From: an uncultured Eubacteriales bacterium
Lineage (GTDB): Bacteria > Bacillota > Clostridia > TANB77 > UBA1234
Length of the DNA stretch: 64,000 bases
NCBI GenBank assembly: GCA_964572605.1
Contig: CAZNFG010000001.1
Span: forward strand, 886-64,885
Direction: 5' to 3'
Each line of letters opens with the position of its first letter. Position 1 is the first letter of the stretch. Below the pieces are notes generated by a model. That model was not told the DNA's origin and did no database searches. It worked only from the letters and a program-made list of their open reading frames with translations. The translations under genes were made by a program, and so were the position numbers. This document shows positions 1-10,686 of the stretch, in pieces.

Positions 1-2
1 TT

Positions 3-1307
3 TTATTCTACTACATCTAATATTTCTTTTATTTTTTCAACAGGTTCTTTAGATATCTCTATTGAACGTCTAAGCATTTCAATTTGTGCAAGTGCATCTC
101 CTTCACTATCCGCATGTATATACAATAATGGCTCGCCTTTTTTTACTTCATCACCAATTTTCTTTACCATCTCTATACCAACATAAAGATTAATGGTATC
201 TTCTTTTTTTAGCCTACCACCGCCAATATTTACAACCGCTTGTCCAATGTTTTTTGTTTCAATTCGCGATACGTATCCATCTTCTAAAGAATTAATAGGA
301 ATTTTATATTTTGCTCTTAGAAGTATTTCAGGACTATCTATAATTGATGGGTCTCCCCATTGTCTAGATATTAATTCTCTAAATTTTTCTAAGCCTTCTC
401 CTGAATCTATTTTACTTTGTATTAGTTTAATATTATTTACAATACTGTCATCTATTCCTGCAAGTTTTAACATATATGCACCAACAATTCCACATACCAT
501 TACAACATCTGCAGAGCCTCTACCTTTTAATGTTTCAATTGTTTCATATACTTCAAGTGCATTTCCAGCATATATTCCTAAAGGTTGATTCATATTTGTA
601 ATTACTGCGACTGTTTCTTTACCCGCTTTTTTCCCTATATTAACCATTGTTTGAGCAAGTACACGTGCACGTATTTCATCATTCATAAATGCACCACTTC
701 CACATGTTACTTCAAGTAAAATCTTATCACAACCTGCTGCAAATTTTTTACTCATAATGCTTGATGAAATAAGTGGAATACTTTCAACAGTTCCTGTAAC
801 ATCACGAAGTGCATATAACTTTTTATCTGCATATGCAATCTTTTCAGATTGTCCCATTATTGCAATATTTATTCGTTTTACATTTCGTACAAATTCATCT
901 TGTTCTATATCTGTTCTAAAATTTGGAATTGAATCGAGTTTATCTATTGTACCTTGTGTATATCCAAGACCTCTTCCCGACATTTTCGCAATAGGAACAC
1001 CACAAGCAGCAACAAGTGGCAACACAACCATTGTAACTTTATCTCCAATTCCTCCCGTGCTATGCTTATCTACTTTTATTCCTTTAATCTCAGATAAATT
1101 AATTATCTCACCAGAATTTGCCATAGCTAGAGTCAAATTATATATTTCATCTTCAGACATACCGTTCAAATATATTGCCATAAGTAAACTTGATGCTTGA
1201 TAATCTGGAATATTGTTATTTGAATATTCCTTCACAAAAAAATCTATTTGCTCTTTCGAAAGCTCTTTTTGATCGCGTTTCGCTCTAATTATTTCATTTA
1301 TATTCAA
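3..1307 (-). CDS. pdp: pyrimidine-nucleoside (thymidine) phosphorylase
   Basis: 434-aa ORF with HSTGGIGDK motif and glycosyltransferase family 3 N-terminal region typical of Pdp/DeoA. Confidence 0.9.
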   Translation of the reverse strand: MNINEIIRAKRDQKELSKEQIDFFVKEYSNNNIPDYQASSLLMAIYLNGMSEDEIYNLTLAMANSGEIINLSEIKGIKVDKHSTGGIGDKVTMVVLPLVAACGVPIAKMSGRGLGYTQGTIDKLDSIPNFRTDIEQDEFVRNVKRINIAIMGQSEKIAYADKKLYALRDVTGTVESIPLISSSIMSKKFAAGCDKILLEVTCGSGAFMNDEIRARVLAQTMVNIGKKAGKETVAVITNMNQPLGIYAGNALEVYETIETLKGRGSADVVMVCGIVGAYMLKLAGIDDSIVNNIKLIQSKIDSGEGLEKFRELISRQWGDPSIIDSPEILLRAKYKIPINSLEDGYVSRIETKNIGQAVVNIGGGRLKKEDTINLYVGIEMVKKIGDEVKKGEPLLYIHADSEGDALAQIEMLRRSIEISKEPVEKIKEILDVVE

Positions 1308-1326
1308 ATTAATTCCTCCTTTTTTA

Positions 1327-1914
1327 TCATATAGTTATCTTATCTTTAATACTATTGAACTTGCTTTCACCAATTCCAGTTACATTTTTTATGTCTTCAA
1401 GCTTCTTAAATTTTCCTTGCTTTTCCCTATAAGTTACAATATTTAGTGCAATTGCATTTCCTATACCATTAAGGGTTTCAAGCTCTGCAATACTTGCAGT
1501 ATTAATATTTATTTTACTATTTTCAGTTTCGCTATAGTATTTCTTATTTATATCTTTTGATAAATCACCAGATATGACAAAAGGAATAATAATCTTTTGT
1601 CCATCCGATACTATCTCTGCTAAATTAATTTTATTTAAGTCAGCATCTTTTGTTGATCCACCAGCTAAATCTATTATTTCAAAGACTCTTGATTCAATTG
1701 GTGCAACAATTATCCCCGGTTTTTGTACAGCTCCCACTATATACACATAAATCTTTTCTTCTTCTATCTCTTCTCCAGAATCTAAAAAAGTGTCATAATT
1801 TGCTGTATTTTTATATATTGCAATATCCTCTTCTTTTTTTATGAATATAATTGCAACAATAACAAAAATAATAAATCCCCCAATCGCGAATGCGTATTTG
1901 AATTTATTATCCAT
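1327..1914 (-). CDS. comEA: ComEA-like competence protein with C-terminal helix-hairpin-helix DNA-binding domain and N-terminal membrane anchor
   Basis: 195-aa ORF. N-terminal TM segment. C-terminal NINTASIAELETLNGIGNAIA...VTGIGESKF tandem HhH motifs. Confidence 0.8.
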   Translation of the reverse strand: MDNKFKYAFAIGGFIIFVIVAIIFIKKEEDIAIYKNTANYDTFLDSGEEIEEEKIYVYIVGAVQKPGIIVAPIESRVFEIIDLAGGSTKDADLNKINLAEIVSDGQKIIIPFVISGDLSKDINKKYYSETENSKININTASIAELETLNGIGNAIALNIVTYREKQGKFKKLEDIKNVTGIGESKFNSIKDKITI

Positions 1915-2055
1915 AAAACCTCCTTTTGTCTATATTATACACATTCATTTCATTTTTGCAAATAGTTGTACTCGACAAAAAATGATAACTTCTTTAGTTC
2001 TGGACTTGTCAAGATGCTTAAATTTAGATAAAATGCTTTTAGACAAGGAGGATCA

Positions 2056-3379
2056 GATGAAGAAAGTAATATTATTAACTCTTTTATTTATTATGTATAT
2101 GAAAAATGTTTTTGCTGTAGAGTTAACCTCTCCACACGCAATTTTGATAGATATTGATTCACGGAAAAACTCTTTATGAAAAAGATGCATATAGCGCCAC
2201 ATATCCAGCAAGTACAACAAAAATTTTGACTGCAATATTGGTTTTAGAAAATTGTGACCTAAATGAAGAAGTGGCAGCAAGTTTTGAAGCAATAAATAGC
2301 GTTTATGCTGGAGGAACAACAGCAAGTATTCAAGAAAACGAAAAATTTACAGTACGTGATTTGCTTTCTACTATGCTTATTCATAGTGCAAATGATGCAG
2401 CATATATACTTGCAGAACATGTTGGTGGTTCTACAGAAAGTTTTTCTAGCATGATGAATGCACGTGCAAAAGAACTTGGAGCTAAAAATACATATTTTAT
2501 AAATCCAAATGGTCTTCCAAACAGCAAACATGTTTGTTCAGCTTATGACATGTCTCTTTTTACAAGATATGCAATGTTAAATTTTCCTGTGTTTAGAGAA
2601 ATTGTAGGAACTTTAAATTATTCACTTCCTATAACAGAAGAATATATAAAACTCTACACAAATCAATTTCCTGATTCTACAAATGTTTTAAGATATCTTA
2701 CAACTAATACAAATCATTTAATAAATCCGAAGAAAACCTCATATTATTATGAATATGCAAATGGTATTAAGACAGGATATACAGATGCTGCAGGCAATTG
2801 TATTGTAGCAAGTGCTCAAAAAGATGGTGTAGAATTACTTGTGGTAATATTTCGGAGCATCCCGGATGGACAAACATGAGAAATGATTGTGTGACTCTTT
2901 TTGAATATGGCTTTTCAACTCTACGCTCTGCAACATTAAATGATGTTGGAAGTATCGTTGAATCGATAGAAATAAAAAACGCACCTGATGAAAACAATAT
3001 TTTAAACATTACTGTTCAAAGGACATTAAAGGCGACTTTTTCAAATTCTGATTATATTGAAGCATTCACACCAACTATTTCTTTAAACGAACATCTCAGG
3101 GCACCAATAGAAGCCGGTGACTTTGTCGGTACAATAACTTATAATATTTATGGTACAACATATTCAACTAATCTAGTCGCACTAAATTCAATAGAACGTA
3201 AAACAACAATTGTACAAGTAGCAAAGAATGTATTTTGGGTAATAGCAAAGATAGTGTTATGGTGTGTATTAACTATAATTGGATTGCTTGTATTGTTAAT
3301 TTTAGTACGTGCATATAACATAACAAAACGAAATCAAAGAAAATTTAAGAAACGTATATATAATGCAAGATTTAGATAA
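2056..3379 (+). CDS. dacA: D-alanyl-D-alanine carboxypeptidase (PBP5/DacA family). Full length only if three in-frame CGG codons (2162-2164, 2853-2855, 2863-2865) are decoded as +1 shifts reading GGN=Gly.
   Basis: Signal peptide MKKVILLTLLFIMYMKNVFA, then SxxK (ASTTK), SxN (HSAND), KTG (KTGYT) and the PBP5 C-terminal domain ending ...LFEYGF. Three ORF-track fragments (1841-2179, 2154-2879, 2798-3379) join exactly at CGG codons. Recoded junctions read IDIDSGKTLYEK and LLVVIFGASGWTNMRNDCVTLFEYGF, matching the family consensus (DSGK, VVxGAxS...YGF). Confidence 0.8.
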
Positions 3380-3392
3380 TCTGTATATAAAT

Positions 3393-3430
3393 AATACCTC
3401 CCATTTGCTTTGCAAATTGGGAGGTATATT
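3393..3430. terminator. bidirectional rho-independent terminator between convergent dacA and the dTMP-kinase-like gene
   Basis: hairpin tacctcccatttg-ctttgc-caaattgggaggta followed by a T-rich run on both strands. Confidence 0.5.
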
Positions 3431-3435
3431 ATTTC

Positions 3436-4110
3436 TTATTCAAATAATTTTTTGGATATTTTATATATATCTTCATGTATATCTTCAATCGTTCTAATAT
3501 TCCCATTCTCATCAGCACAATCTATAACAGTCCAGCCTAATTTTTCTGCTACCCAAAGAGCAGTATCATAAGCCTTTTGTAAGTACTCTTCATCTTCTTC
3601 GTGAATATCTTTACCACCTGAAGATGTTGATCCTCTTTTTTTCTTTAACTCTTTAACTAATTTAATAGGCATTTTTAAAAGAACAACTTCATCTTCTCTT
3701 GGAATTCCTAACGTCTCATTTTCAAAATTATAAAGCCATTTAATAAATTTTAATCTTTCTTCTTCGGAATCTAATTTACATGCTTGATGTAAAATATTTG
3801 ACGTTGTATATCTTGCAAGAAGTATGTTACCACCATTTCTATATGTTTCTCCCCAAGGTAATGTTTTATATGAATAATATCTATCAACTCCGAAAAAAGT
3901 AGATGCTGTATATCCGTTAACATCAGATGGGTGTGTGCCAAACTTACCAGATAAATATTCTCGAAGTAAGAAACTACTTCCTGAATCGTAATTTGGAAAT
4001 GATGTTGTTTCAAAAGCAGTGTTTTCAAATTTCAATCTTTCACATAATTTTTCATATTGTGTAGTTTTTCCACTACAATCAGTACCTTCTATAACTAGTA
4101 TTTTACCCAT
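3436..4110 (-). CDS. thymidylate kinase family (dTMP kinase-like) nucleotide kinase
   Basis: 224-aa ORF. P-loop ILVIEGTDCSGKTTQ resembles Tmk GxDGxGKTT. DRY motif (FGVDRYY). Confidence 0.55.
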   Translation of the reverse strand: MGKILVIEGTDCSGKTTQYEKLCERLKFENTAFETTSFPNYDSGSSFLLREYLSGKFGTHPSDVNGYTASTFFGVDRYYSYKTLPWGETYRNGGNILLARYTTSNILHQACKLDSEEERLKFIKWLYNFENETLGIPREDEVVLLKMPIKLVKELKKKRGSTSSGGKDIHEEDEEYLQKAYDTALWVAEKLGWTVIDCADENGNIRTIEDIHEDIYKISKKLFE

Positions 4111-4200
4111 TTTTCAATCTTCTTTCTATCACATATTTTGCTTTTCAAAAGAATTATAACATAGTAACTTTAGGTTATCAAACAAAAAACTCAGTAAAAT

Positions 4201-4258
4201 CTTGCCAAGAGGGACGCTCTTTTTTGTCAATTACAAAAAATAACATCCCTCTTCCAAG
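4201..4258. repeat. palindromic element copy A (degenerate member of the GGGACGTTCC...TTTGTCAATT family), between trpS stop and the kinase-like gene start
   Basis: cttgccaagagggacgctcTTTTTTGTCAATTacaaaaaataacatccctcttccaag. Outer arms aagaggga/tccctctt, inner arms ttttttgt/acaaaaaa. Shares the TTTTTGTCAATT core with copies B and C. Confidence 0.5.
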
Positions 4259-4259
4259 A

Positions 4260-5246
4260 TTATCTTTTTAATCCAATTTTTTCTTTCATTATTAAATACT
4301 TTTGTTTTGCAATTTCTTTTGATCTTTCACGTCCATCATCTAGTATTTCATCTAATTCTTTACTGTTAATTAATTCTTTATATCTTTCTTGAATTACAGA
4401 AAATTTTTCTATTACTTTATCTGCTACAGCTGATTTAAATGTTCCATAGTTTGCGTCTTTAAATTTTTCTAATACATCTTCTTTAGATTCATTAGTCATG
4501 CACATGTATATATGTATTAAATTTGTTATTCCTGGTTGATTATCCATATCATAATTAACTTTTCCTAAAGAATCTGTAACTGCTGATGAAATTTTCTTTC
4601 TTATTGTACTAGAATCATCTAGGATTCTTATTACTCCCTTTTGATTTTCATCAGATTTACTCATCTTTTTTGTAGGATCTTGCAAGTCCATTATTTTTGT
4701 ACCTTCAGCTTTAATAAAAGGTTCCGGTATTACAAATGTATCACCATATCTTTTATTAAATCTAATTGCTATATCTCTAGCAATTTCAACATGTTGCTTT
4801 TGGTCACTTCCAACCGGTACAAGATTTGCATCATACGCTAGTACGTCTGCCGCCATTAATACCGGATATGTTAAAAGACCTGCAGTAAAATTCACGTTTT
4901 TTACACTTTTGTCTTTAAATTGTGCCATTCTTCTAAGCTCACCATAGTACGTATTACATTCAAGCATCCATGAAATATTTGCATGGTACTCATTTTCAGA
5001 TTGTAAAAATATTATATTTTTCTTTGGATCAATTCCACATGCAATATATATTGCAATAAGTTGTCTAATATTTTGAGATAATTCTTCACTATTCACAGGA
5101 ACTGTTATTGCATGCATGTCTGCTATGAACATAATCGAATTATATTTATCTTGAAGTTCAACCATTTGTTTAATTGCACCAATATAATTTCCAAGTGTAA
5201 TTACACCAGTTGGTTGAAGTCCAGTAAGCATTGTTTTTTTATTCAC
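4260..5246 (-). CDS. trpS: tryptophanyl-tRNA synthetase
   Basis: 328 aa, class I aaRS, KMSKS motif, typical TrpS length and N-terminal MLTGLQPTGVITLGNYIGA. Confidence 0.9.
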   Translation of the reverse strand: MNKKTMLTGLQPTGVITLGNYIGAIKQMVELQDKYNSIMFIADMHAITVPVNSEELSQNIRQLIAIYIACGIDPKKNIIFLQSENEYHANISWMLECNTYYGELRRMAQFKDKSVKNVNFTAGLLTYPVLMAADVLAYDANLVPVGSDQKQHVEIARDIAIRFNKRYGDTFVIPEPFIKAEGTKIMDLQDPTKKMSKSDENQKGVIRILDDSSTIRKKISSAVTDSLGKVNYDMDNQPGITNLIHIYMCMTNESKEDVLEKFKDANYGTFKSAVADKVIEKFSVIQERYKELINSKELDEILDDGRERSKEIAKQKYLIMKEKIGLKR

Positions 5247-5258
5247 TTTTCTTCCCCC

Positions 5259-6020
5259 TTACATTTTATAAAATCTTTTCGCATTTGCAGTTGTAATTTC
5301 TGCAAGTTTATCTAAACTACATCCCCTAAGTTCTGCAATTTTTTGAGCTGTATGTCTTATATATGAAGATTCATTTCGTTTTCCCCTATATGGTTCTGGC
5401 GCTAAATATGGTGCATCTGTTTCAATTAATATTCTATCTTCTGGGATAAGTTTTGCAATATCTAAAAGCGATCTTGCGTTTTTAAATGTTACTGGTCCCG
5501 CAATTGAAATATATGCATCCAATTTTAACATTTCTTTTAAAATTTCCACACTTGATGAAAAACAATGCATCACAAAACCATTTTTTATTTTATATCTCTT
5601 TAATATATCAAGCATATCCATATCTGCATCTCTACTATGAATCACAACTGGTAATTCAAGTTCATTTGCAATCTTTATTTGTTTTATAAAAATATCCTTT
5701 TGCAAATTTTTATCATAACCATCATAATGATAATCTAGTCCTATTTCCCCAATTGCCACAACTTTTTTATTTTTTGCTAAGTCATATATGAACTCAAAAT
5801 TTCCTTCATATTCATTTACATTCTCCGGATGTATTCCTACTGTAGCAAAAACAGTTTCATATTTATTTGCATTTTCTGTTGCCTTAATTGACGTCTCTTT
5901 GCTATATCCTATATCAACCATAAATAAAACATCATCTTTAATTGCATTATTAACTATTTCTTCTTGTTTTCCATCATACATCTCATCTGTTAGATGTGTA
6001 TGTGAATCGAATAAAATCAT
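5259..6020 (-). CDS. tatD: TatD-family metal-dependent DNase/hydrolase
   Basis: 253 aa, MILFDSHTHL...start. TatD/YcfH family signature histidines. Confidence 0.85.
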   Translation of the reverse strand: MILFDSHTHLTDEMYDGKQEEIVNNAIKDDVLFMVDIGYSKETSIKATENANKYETVFATVGIHPENVNEYEGNFEFIYDLAKNKKVVAIGEIGLDYHYDGYDKNLQKDIFIKQIKIANELELPVVIHSRDADMDMLDILKRYKIKNGFVMHCFSSSVEILKEMLKLDAYISIAGPVTFKNARSLLDIAKLIPEDRILIETDAPYLAPEPYRGKRNESSYIRHTAQKIAELRGCSLDKLAEITTANAKRFYKM

Positions 6021-7993
6021 TTAATCTCAGCTCCAGCCTCAATGTCTCCATCAACAGTTAGTATCCTAACCGTATCACTTCCAGCAGCAAGTATCATGCC
6101 TTGTGAATCAAGTCCCTTTAGTTTTGCTGGTTTTAAGTTAGAAACAATAACTATATTCTTACCAATCAATTCTTCTGGCGCATAATATTTTTGTATTCCA
6201 GCAACCACTTGTCTTTCTTCTTTTCCTAACGATACCTTAAGTTTTAATAATTTTTCTGAACCTTCAACTCTTTCTGCTTCTAAAACTTTTGCTACTTTTA
6301 ATTTTACTTTTTCTAAATAATCAATTGTTATTTCTTCAACATTTTCCATATTGTTGTTTTCCTTTTTTACTTCAGCTTGTTTATTTTGTATTTCTTCAAA
6401 TTCTTTTATAACATCTTTTTCATCAAATCTTGTAAACAAAACCTCAATGTTTTCTAGGTTAATTCCTGATTTAATATATGTAATTTGCCATGTAGGTTTA
6501 GACATACTAAAAATTTTTCTAACCTTTGCAGAAGATTCTGGCATAAATGGTTCCATTATATTAGAAATATTTACAATTAATGTTGCACATGTGAAAATAC
6601 AATCATTAAAATCATTAATATTTTCTTTGTAAAGAATCCAAGGTTTTTTGTCATCGTAAAACTTATTTGCGTCATCAATTAATTTAATTGCCTTATTAGT
6701 AGCTTCTTTAAATTCAAGTTTTTCAATGCATTCTCCAACTTCTTTATAAGCGGTTTTGATTAATTCTTCAATTTTTTTGTCTAGTTTTCCATTAGGTAAT
6801 TCACTAAGCCCTTTAAATTTAAGTGTTCTATTAACAAAATTTCCGTATTTGTTTGTAATCTCGTTATTATGAGTTTCAACATATTCAGAAAGTGAGAAGT
6901 TTGTATCTTTCTTTTCCGGTCCATTATTGATTAAATGAAATCTAACTGTATCTGAATTTAATTTCTCTGCTGCATCAATTGCAGATACGGCATTACCTTT
7001 ACTTTTTGATGCTTTTTCATTACTAAAGTTTAAGTATTCAGATGAAACAATTACATCTGGTATGCAATATTCTTCTTCAAGTGAAAGCAAAAGTGCTGGG
7101 AAAATAATACTATGAAATGTAATATTGTCTTTTCCATGTACCATATAAATTCTATCTGCTCTCTTCCAATAGTCTTCCCAATCAAGACCTTTTTCTTCAC
7201 ATATTTTCATAGCAGCTGTAACGTATCCTAAGACAGCTTCAATCCATACATAAAGTTTTTTATCCTCATAACCATCAATGGGAATATCTATGCCCCAGCT
7301 TAAATCTCTTGTTATAGCTCTATCTCTTAATCCTTCACGAAGATATTTTAACGTTTCATTTTGAGCATTTGTCCTCCACTTATCTTTATTTTTACTAACA
7401 AAATCTTCTATTTGTTTTTGCATTTTTGAAAGTGCTATGTATAAATTTTTATTATCTTTTTGAATAACTTTTGAACCACATTCTCTACATGTTGCATGAA
7501 GCAAATCTTCTTCTGTTGGCGTATAACCACAATCGCAGCAATCTCCTTTTGTTAATTCTCCACATCTAGGACATGTAAGTTGCAATTCTCTATCTGCCAT
7601 AAACTTATTGCATTTTTCACAAAAAGCTTGTGGCTCAATTTTTTCGTATATATATCCATTTTCATAAATTTTTTTAATTATCTCTTGAACTTTTTCTTTA
7701 TGATAATCTGTGTCAGTCATAGTATACAAATCATAAGAAAAATTAAGACTATCGAAAGACTTTATAAACAATTTATGATATTTTTCACAAATTTCTTTTG
7801 GTGAAATTTTTTCTAATTTAGCACGTTCTGTGATTGGTGTTCCATGGCAATCTGATCCTGAAACATATAAAACTTCATCGCCTTTAGTTCTGTGATATCT
7901 AGCTAAAATATCTCCACCAATTAATCCCGCAATATGACCTAAATGCAGTTTATAATTTGCATATGGCCATGCTCCCCCTATTAATATTCTCAA
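6017..7993 (-). CDS. metG: methionyl-tRNA synthetase with C-terminal tRNA-binding (EMAP-like) domain
   Basis: 658 aa. HLGH (HIGH-like) motif near N-terminus. Zinc knuckles CPRCGE/CDCG. C-terminal OB-fold tRNA-binding domain. Confidence 0.9.
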   Translation of the reverse strand: MRILIGGAWPYANYKLHLGHIAGLIGGDILARYHRTKGDEVLYVSGSDCHGTPITERAKLEKISPKEICEKYHKLFIKSFDSLNFSYDLYTMTDTDYHKEKVQEIIKKIYENGYIYEKIEPQAFCEKCNKFMADRELQLTCPRCGELTKGDCCDCGYTPTEEDLLHATCRECGSKVIQKDNKNLYIALSKMQKQIEDFVSKNKDKWRTNAQNETLKYLREGLRDRAITRDLSWGIDIPIDGYEDKKLYVWIEAVLGYVTAAMKICEEKGLDWEDYWKRADRIYMVHGKDNITFHSIIFPALLLSLEEEYCIPDVIVSSEYLNFSNEKASKSKGNAVSAIDAAEKLNSDTVRFHLINNGPEKKDTNFSLSEYVETHNNEITNKYGNFVNRTLKFKGLSELPNGKLDKKIEELIKTAYKEVGECIEKLEFKEATNKAIKLIDDANKFYDDKKPWILYKENINDFNDCIFTCATLIVNISNIMEPFMPESSAKVRKIFSMSKPTWQITYIKSGINLENIEVLFTRFDEKDVIKEFEEIQNKQAEVKKENNNMENVEEITIDYLEKVKLKVAKVLEAERVEGSEKLLKLKVSLGKEERQVVAGIQKYYAPEELIGKNIVIVSNLKPAKLKGLDSQGMILAAGSDTVRILTVDGDIEAGAEIK

Positions 7994-8011
7994 TTCTTTT
8001 CCCTCTTTCTT

Positions 8012-8399
8012 TTATCTAATAATTGCAACAGTTGCAATAGCATAAATATTATCGTGCGATAAGCTAACATCAATTTTTTCATCAGTTATACCACAGTCTG
8101 TTGCGATATTTTTAAGTTTTCCATGTAATCTAACATTTGGTTTTCCATTTTCTTTATTTAATATCTCCACATCACGCCACAAAATATCCTCAGATGTTTC
8201 CGGTGATATAGCTTTGTATACAGCTTCTTTTGCAGCAAATCGAGCGGCATAGCTTTGAAATTTAGACATTCGTTTAGATTCACAATAGCTGATTTCTTCA
8301 TCAGTATATATTCTTTTTAAAAAAGCATCCCCTAGTTCGTTAATTGAATTTTTAATTCGTTCAACACTAATAATATCTGTTCCGTACAGAAACTGCCAA
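8012..8399 (-). CDS. acpS: holo-ACP synthase (4-phosphopantetheinyl transferase AcpS). Full length requires the in-frame CGG at plus 8382-8384 to be skipped (+1) to give MAVSVGTDIISVERIK...
   Basis: Downstream part matches AcpS (FAAKEAVYKA). The ORF track shows only 85 aa. The upstream segment with the GTDI motif is in the -1 frame and joins exactly at gta-CGG-aac. TTG start with AAAGGTGG RBS. Confidence 0.75.
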
Positions 8400-8653
8400 A
8401 ACCCTCACCACCTTTTCGTCAATTAATGTGTGTATTATACCATTATTCTGCTATTTTGGCAATTTTTCTCTGACTTTTTTCTTACAATTATGTTCACAGG
8501 ATAGTAATTTTTCCCATATCTAATTTATAATCTTGTTATGTCTCCTTATCGCGGTGAGTTTATCCACTTGTGTTACAAAAGATGTACTTGTAAATGTAAA
8601 TTAGTTATGGTATATTTTCTTTGGATATAAATAAAGATTTGGAGGTTTAATAT

Positions 8654-9367
8654 ATGAATTTTTTAGAATTTTTTACCTCGCCAATTGCAACAGATGTTTT
8701 TCTTAAATTATTAGTTGCTTTTATCCTTTCGGCAGCGATTGGAATAGAAAGAGAATTGGTACACAAGCCTGCTGGAATTAAAACTCATACTTTGATATGT
8801 TTATCTTCTACCCTATTAATGATACTAGGTATGTATATTAAAGATTTGTATCCCAATACTGAGTTAGATCCAACTAGATTACCAGCTCAAATACTTGCTG
8901 GTATTGGATTTGTTGGAGCTGGTACAATACTTCGTGAAGGTCTTTCAGTGAAAGGAATAACAACTGCAGCAAGTCTACTTGCAACAACATGTATTGGACT
9001 AGCAGTTGGTGCTGGTTTTTATGAAGGTGCAGTTTTTGCAACAATATTAATTTTCTTAATATTATGTTTTGTAGGACCAGTAAAAGATTTAGTTAGCGGC
9101 AAAGGTAAAGTTTTTCTTTTTTCAATTGTTTCTTCAAAGTCTCATGGAGTTTTACCTGTTGCTGAAGAAATTTTTGAATCAAAAGATGCAGAAATATATT
9201 CAATAAGACAATTCAAGTCAAATTCTAATAAAACAACTATTTTAAAGTTTTTAGTTAAATGTAAAGATCCTGCAGATGTAGATTTAATATTAAAAAGTTT
9301 ACATGAAATTGATGGCATTACTGAAGTTAATACCACAAGAAAAATTATTAGAGCTGATGCCGATTAA
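8654..9367 (+). CDS. mgtC: MgtC/SapB family membrane protein with C-terminal ACT-like domain
   Basis: 237 aa. N-terminal MgtC family transmembrane core (IGIERE motif) and soluble C-terminal domain. Confidence 0.8.
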   Translation: MNFLEFFTSPIATDVFLKLLVAFILSAAIGIERELVHKPAGIKTHTLICLSSTLLMILGMYIKDLYPNTELDPTRLPAQILAGIGFVGAGTILREGLSVKGITTAASLLATTCIGLAVGAGFYEGAVFATILIFLILCFVGPVKDLVSGKGKVFLFSIVSSKSHGVLPVAEEIFESKDAEIYSIRQFKSNSNKTTILKFLVKCKDPADVDLILKSLHEIDGITEVNTTRKIIRADAD

Positions 9368-9400
9368 TATATTCGGTTTTCGTAAGGAGAGAGGTTATAT

Positions 9401-10669
9401 ATGGATAAATTTTTAATAAAGGGAAACACTAGATTAACTGGTACCGTAGCTGTAAATGGCGCAAAAAATGCTGCCGTTGCAATACTTCCAGCAACCGTTT
9501 TGATAAAAGGTAAATGTCATATTGAAAACATTCCTAACATAAGTGATATTAAGCGTTGTTATGAGGTTTTAGAAATGCTTGGTGCAAAAATTAACTACAT
9601 AACTCCAAACGAAGTTGAAATAGATTGCACTAATGTTGAGCCAAAAGAAATATCAGTTGATATAACAAAAAAATTTAGAGCATCTTATTATTTTATTGGA
9701 TCATTACTTAGCCGTTTCGGTAAAGCTTCGGTTGGTTTTCCTGGAGGTTGTAATTTTGGTTCAAGACCTATAGACCAACATATAAAGGGCTTTGAGGCTC
9801 TTGGTGCAAAAGTTGATTGTGAAGGCGGTATGATATGTGCAACATCTGAAAAACTAGTTGGTGATTCAGTATACTTAGATATAGTTAGCGTAGGCGCCAC
9901 AATAAATATAATGCTTGCAGCAGTTTTAGTACCTGGTGTTACAACCATTGAAAATGCTGCAAAAGAACCACATATAGTTGACTTAGCAAACTTTTTAAAT
10001 GCAATGGGAGCTAATATAAAAGGCGCAGGAACAGATATTATAAAAATTACAGGCGTAGAAGAATTACGTGGTGGCGCAACATATTCAGTTGTACCAGATC
10101 AAATAGAAGCAGGAACATTTATGATAGCTGCTGCTGCAACACAAGGTGATGTAACAATTACCGGTTGTATAACGAAGCACTTAGACCCTATCTCTGCAAA
10201 GTTAGTTGAAATGGGTGTCAATGTAGAAGAATCTGACGAAGGAGATCAAATTAGAGTATGGTCAGATAAACAAACTTTAAAAACAAATATTAAGACTTTA
10301 CCATACCCCGGTTTTCCAACAGATATGCAACCTCAAATGGCTGTACTTCTATCAATTTCAAAAGGTACAAGTTATCTCACAGAAGGTGTTTATGATTCTC
10401 GTTTTCAATACACAGAAGAATTAAAGAAAATGGGAGCACAAATTAGAATTGAAGGCAAAACGGCTTGTATAGAAGGTGTTGATTACTTAAATGGATGTCA
10501 AGTGACTGCTACAGACTTAAGAGCAGGTGCAGCATTAATTATTGCTGGTATTTGTGCAAAAGGTGAAACAGAAGTTTGTGGTATTGATCATGTGGAGAGA
10601 GGTTACGAAAAAATTTCAGAACGCTTCCAATCACTTGGTGCAAAAATAGAGAGAGTATCAGAAGATTAA
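9401..10669 (+). CDS. murA: UDP-N-acetylglucosamine 1-carboxyvinyltransferase
   Basis: 422 aa. MDKFLIKGNTRLTGTVAVNGAKNAA N-terminus and EPT fold length typical of MurA. Confidence 0.9.
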   Translation: MDKFLIKGNTRLTGTVAVNGAKNAAVAILPATVLIKGKCHIENIPNISDIKRCYEVLEMLGAKINYITPNEVEIDCTNVEPKEISVDITKKFRASYYFIGSLLSRFGKASVGFPGGCNFGSRPIDQHIKGFEALGAKVDCEGGMICATSEKLVGDSVYLDIVSVGATINIMLAAVLVPGVTTIENAAKEPHIVDLANFLNAMGANIKGAGTDIIKITGVEELRGGATYSVVPDQIEAGTFMIAAAATQGDVTITGCITKHLDPISAKLVEMGVNVEESDEGDQIRVWSDKQTLKTNIKTLPYPGFPTDMQPQMAVLLSISKGTSYLTEGVYDSRFQYTEELKKMGAQIRIEGKTACIEGVDYLNGCQVTATDLRAGAALIIAGICAKGETEVCGIDHVERGYEKISERFQSLGAKIERVSED

Positions 10670-10686
10670 ATTGTTGGAGAATAAAT

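Noticed and set aside
193-1200. Plus-strand ORFs 193-588 and 757-1200, and numerous other 60-150-aa ORFs antisense to large genes (for example 1650-1844, 4641-4841, 19203-19656, 27968-28651, 31347-31619)
   Set aside because: They lie entirely within well-supported genes on the opposite strand. They are low-complexity S/I/L/F-rich, typical antisense translation of AT-rich DNA. They have no RBS.
2798-2879. Second dacA junction looked like a -1 frameshift (missing base in a T run), different from the others
   Set aside because: Re-reading shows two consecutive in-frame CGG codons (2853 and 2863), each giving +1: frame 0 to 1 to 2. The result is VVIFGASGWTNMR..., which matches the DacA VVxGAxS consensus better than any single-deletion model.
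5247-5258. T-box leader upstream of trpS
   Set aside because: Only 12 bp separate tatD and trpS. trpS appears co-transcribed in the acpS-metG-tatD-trpS array. No specifier or T-box sequence is present.
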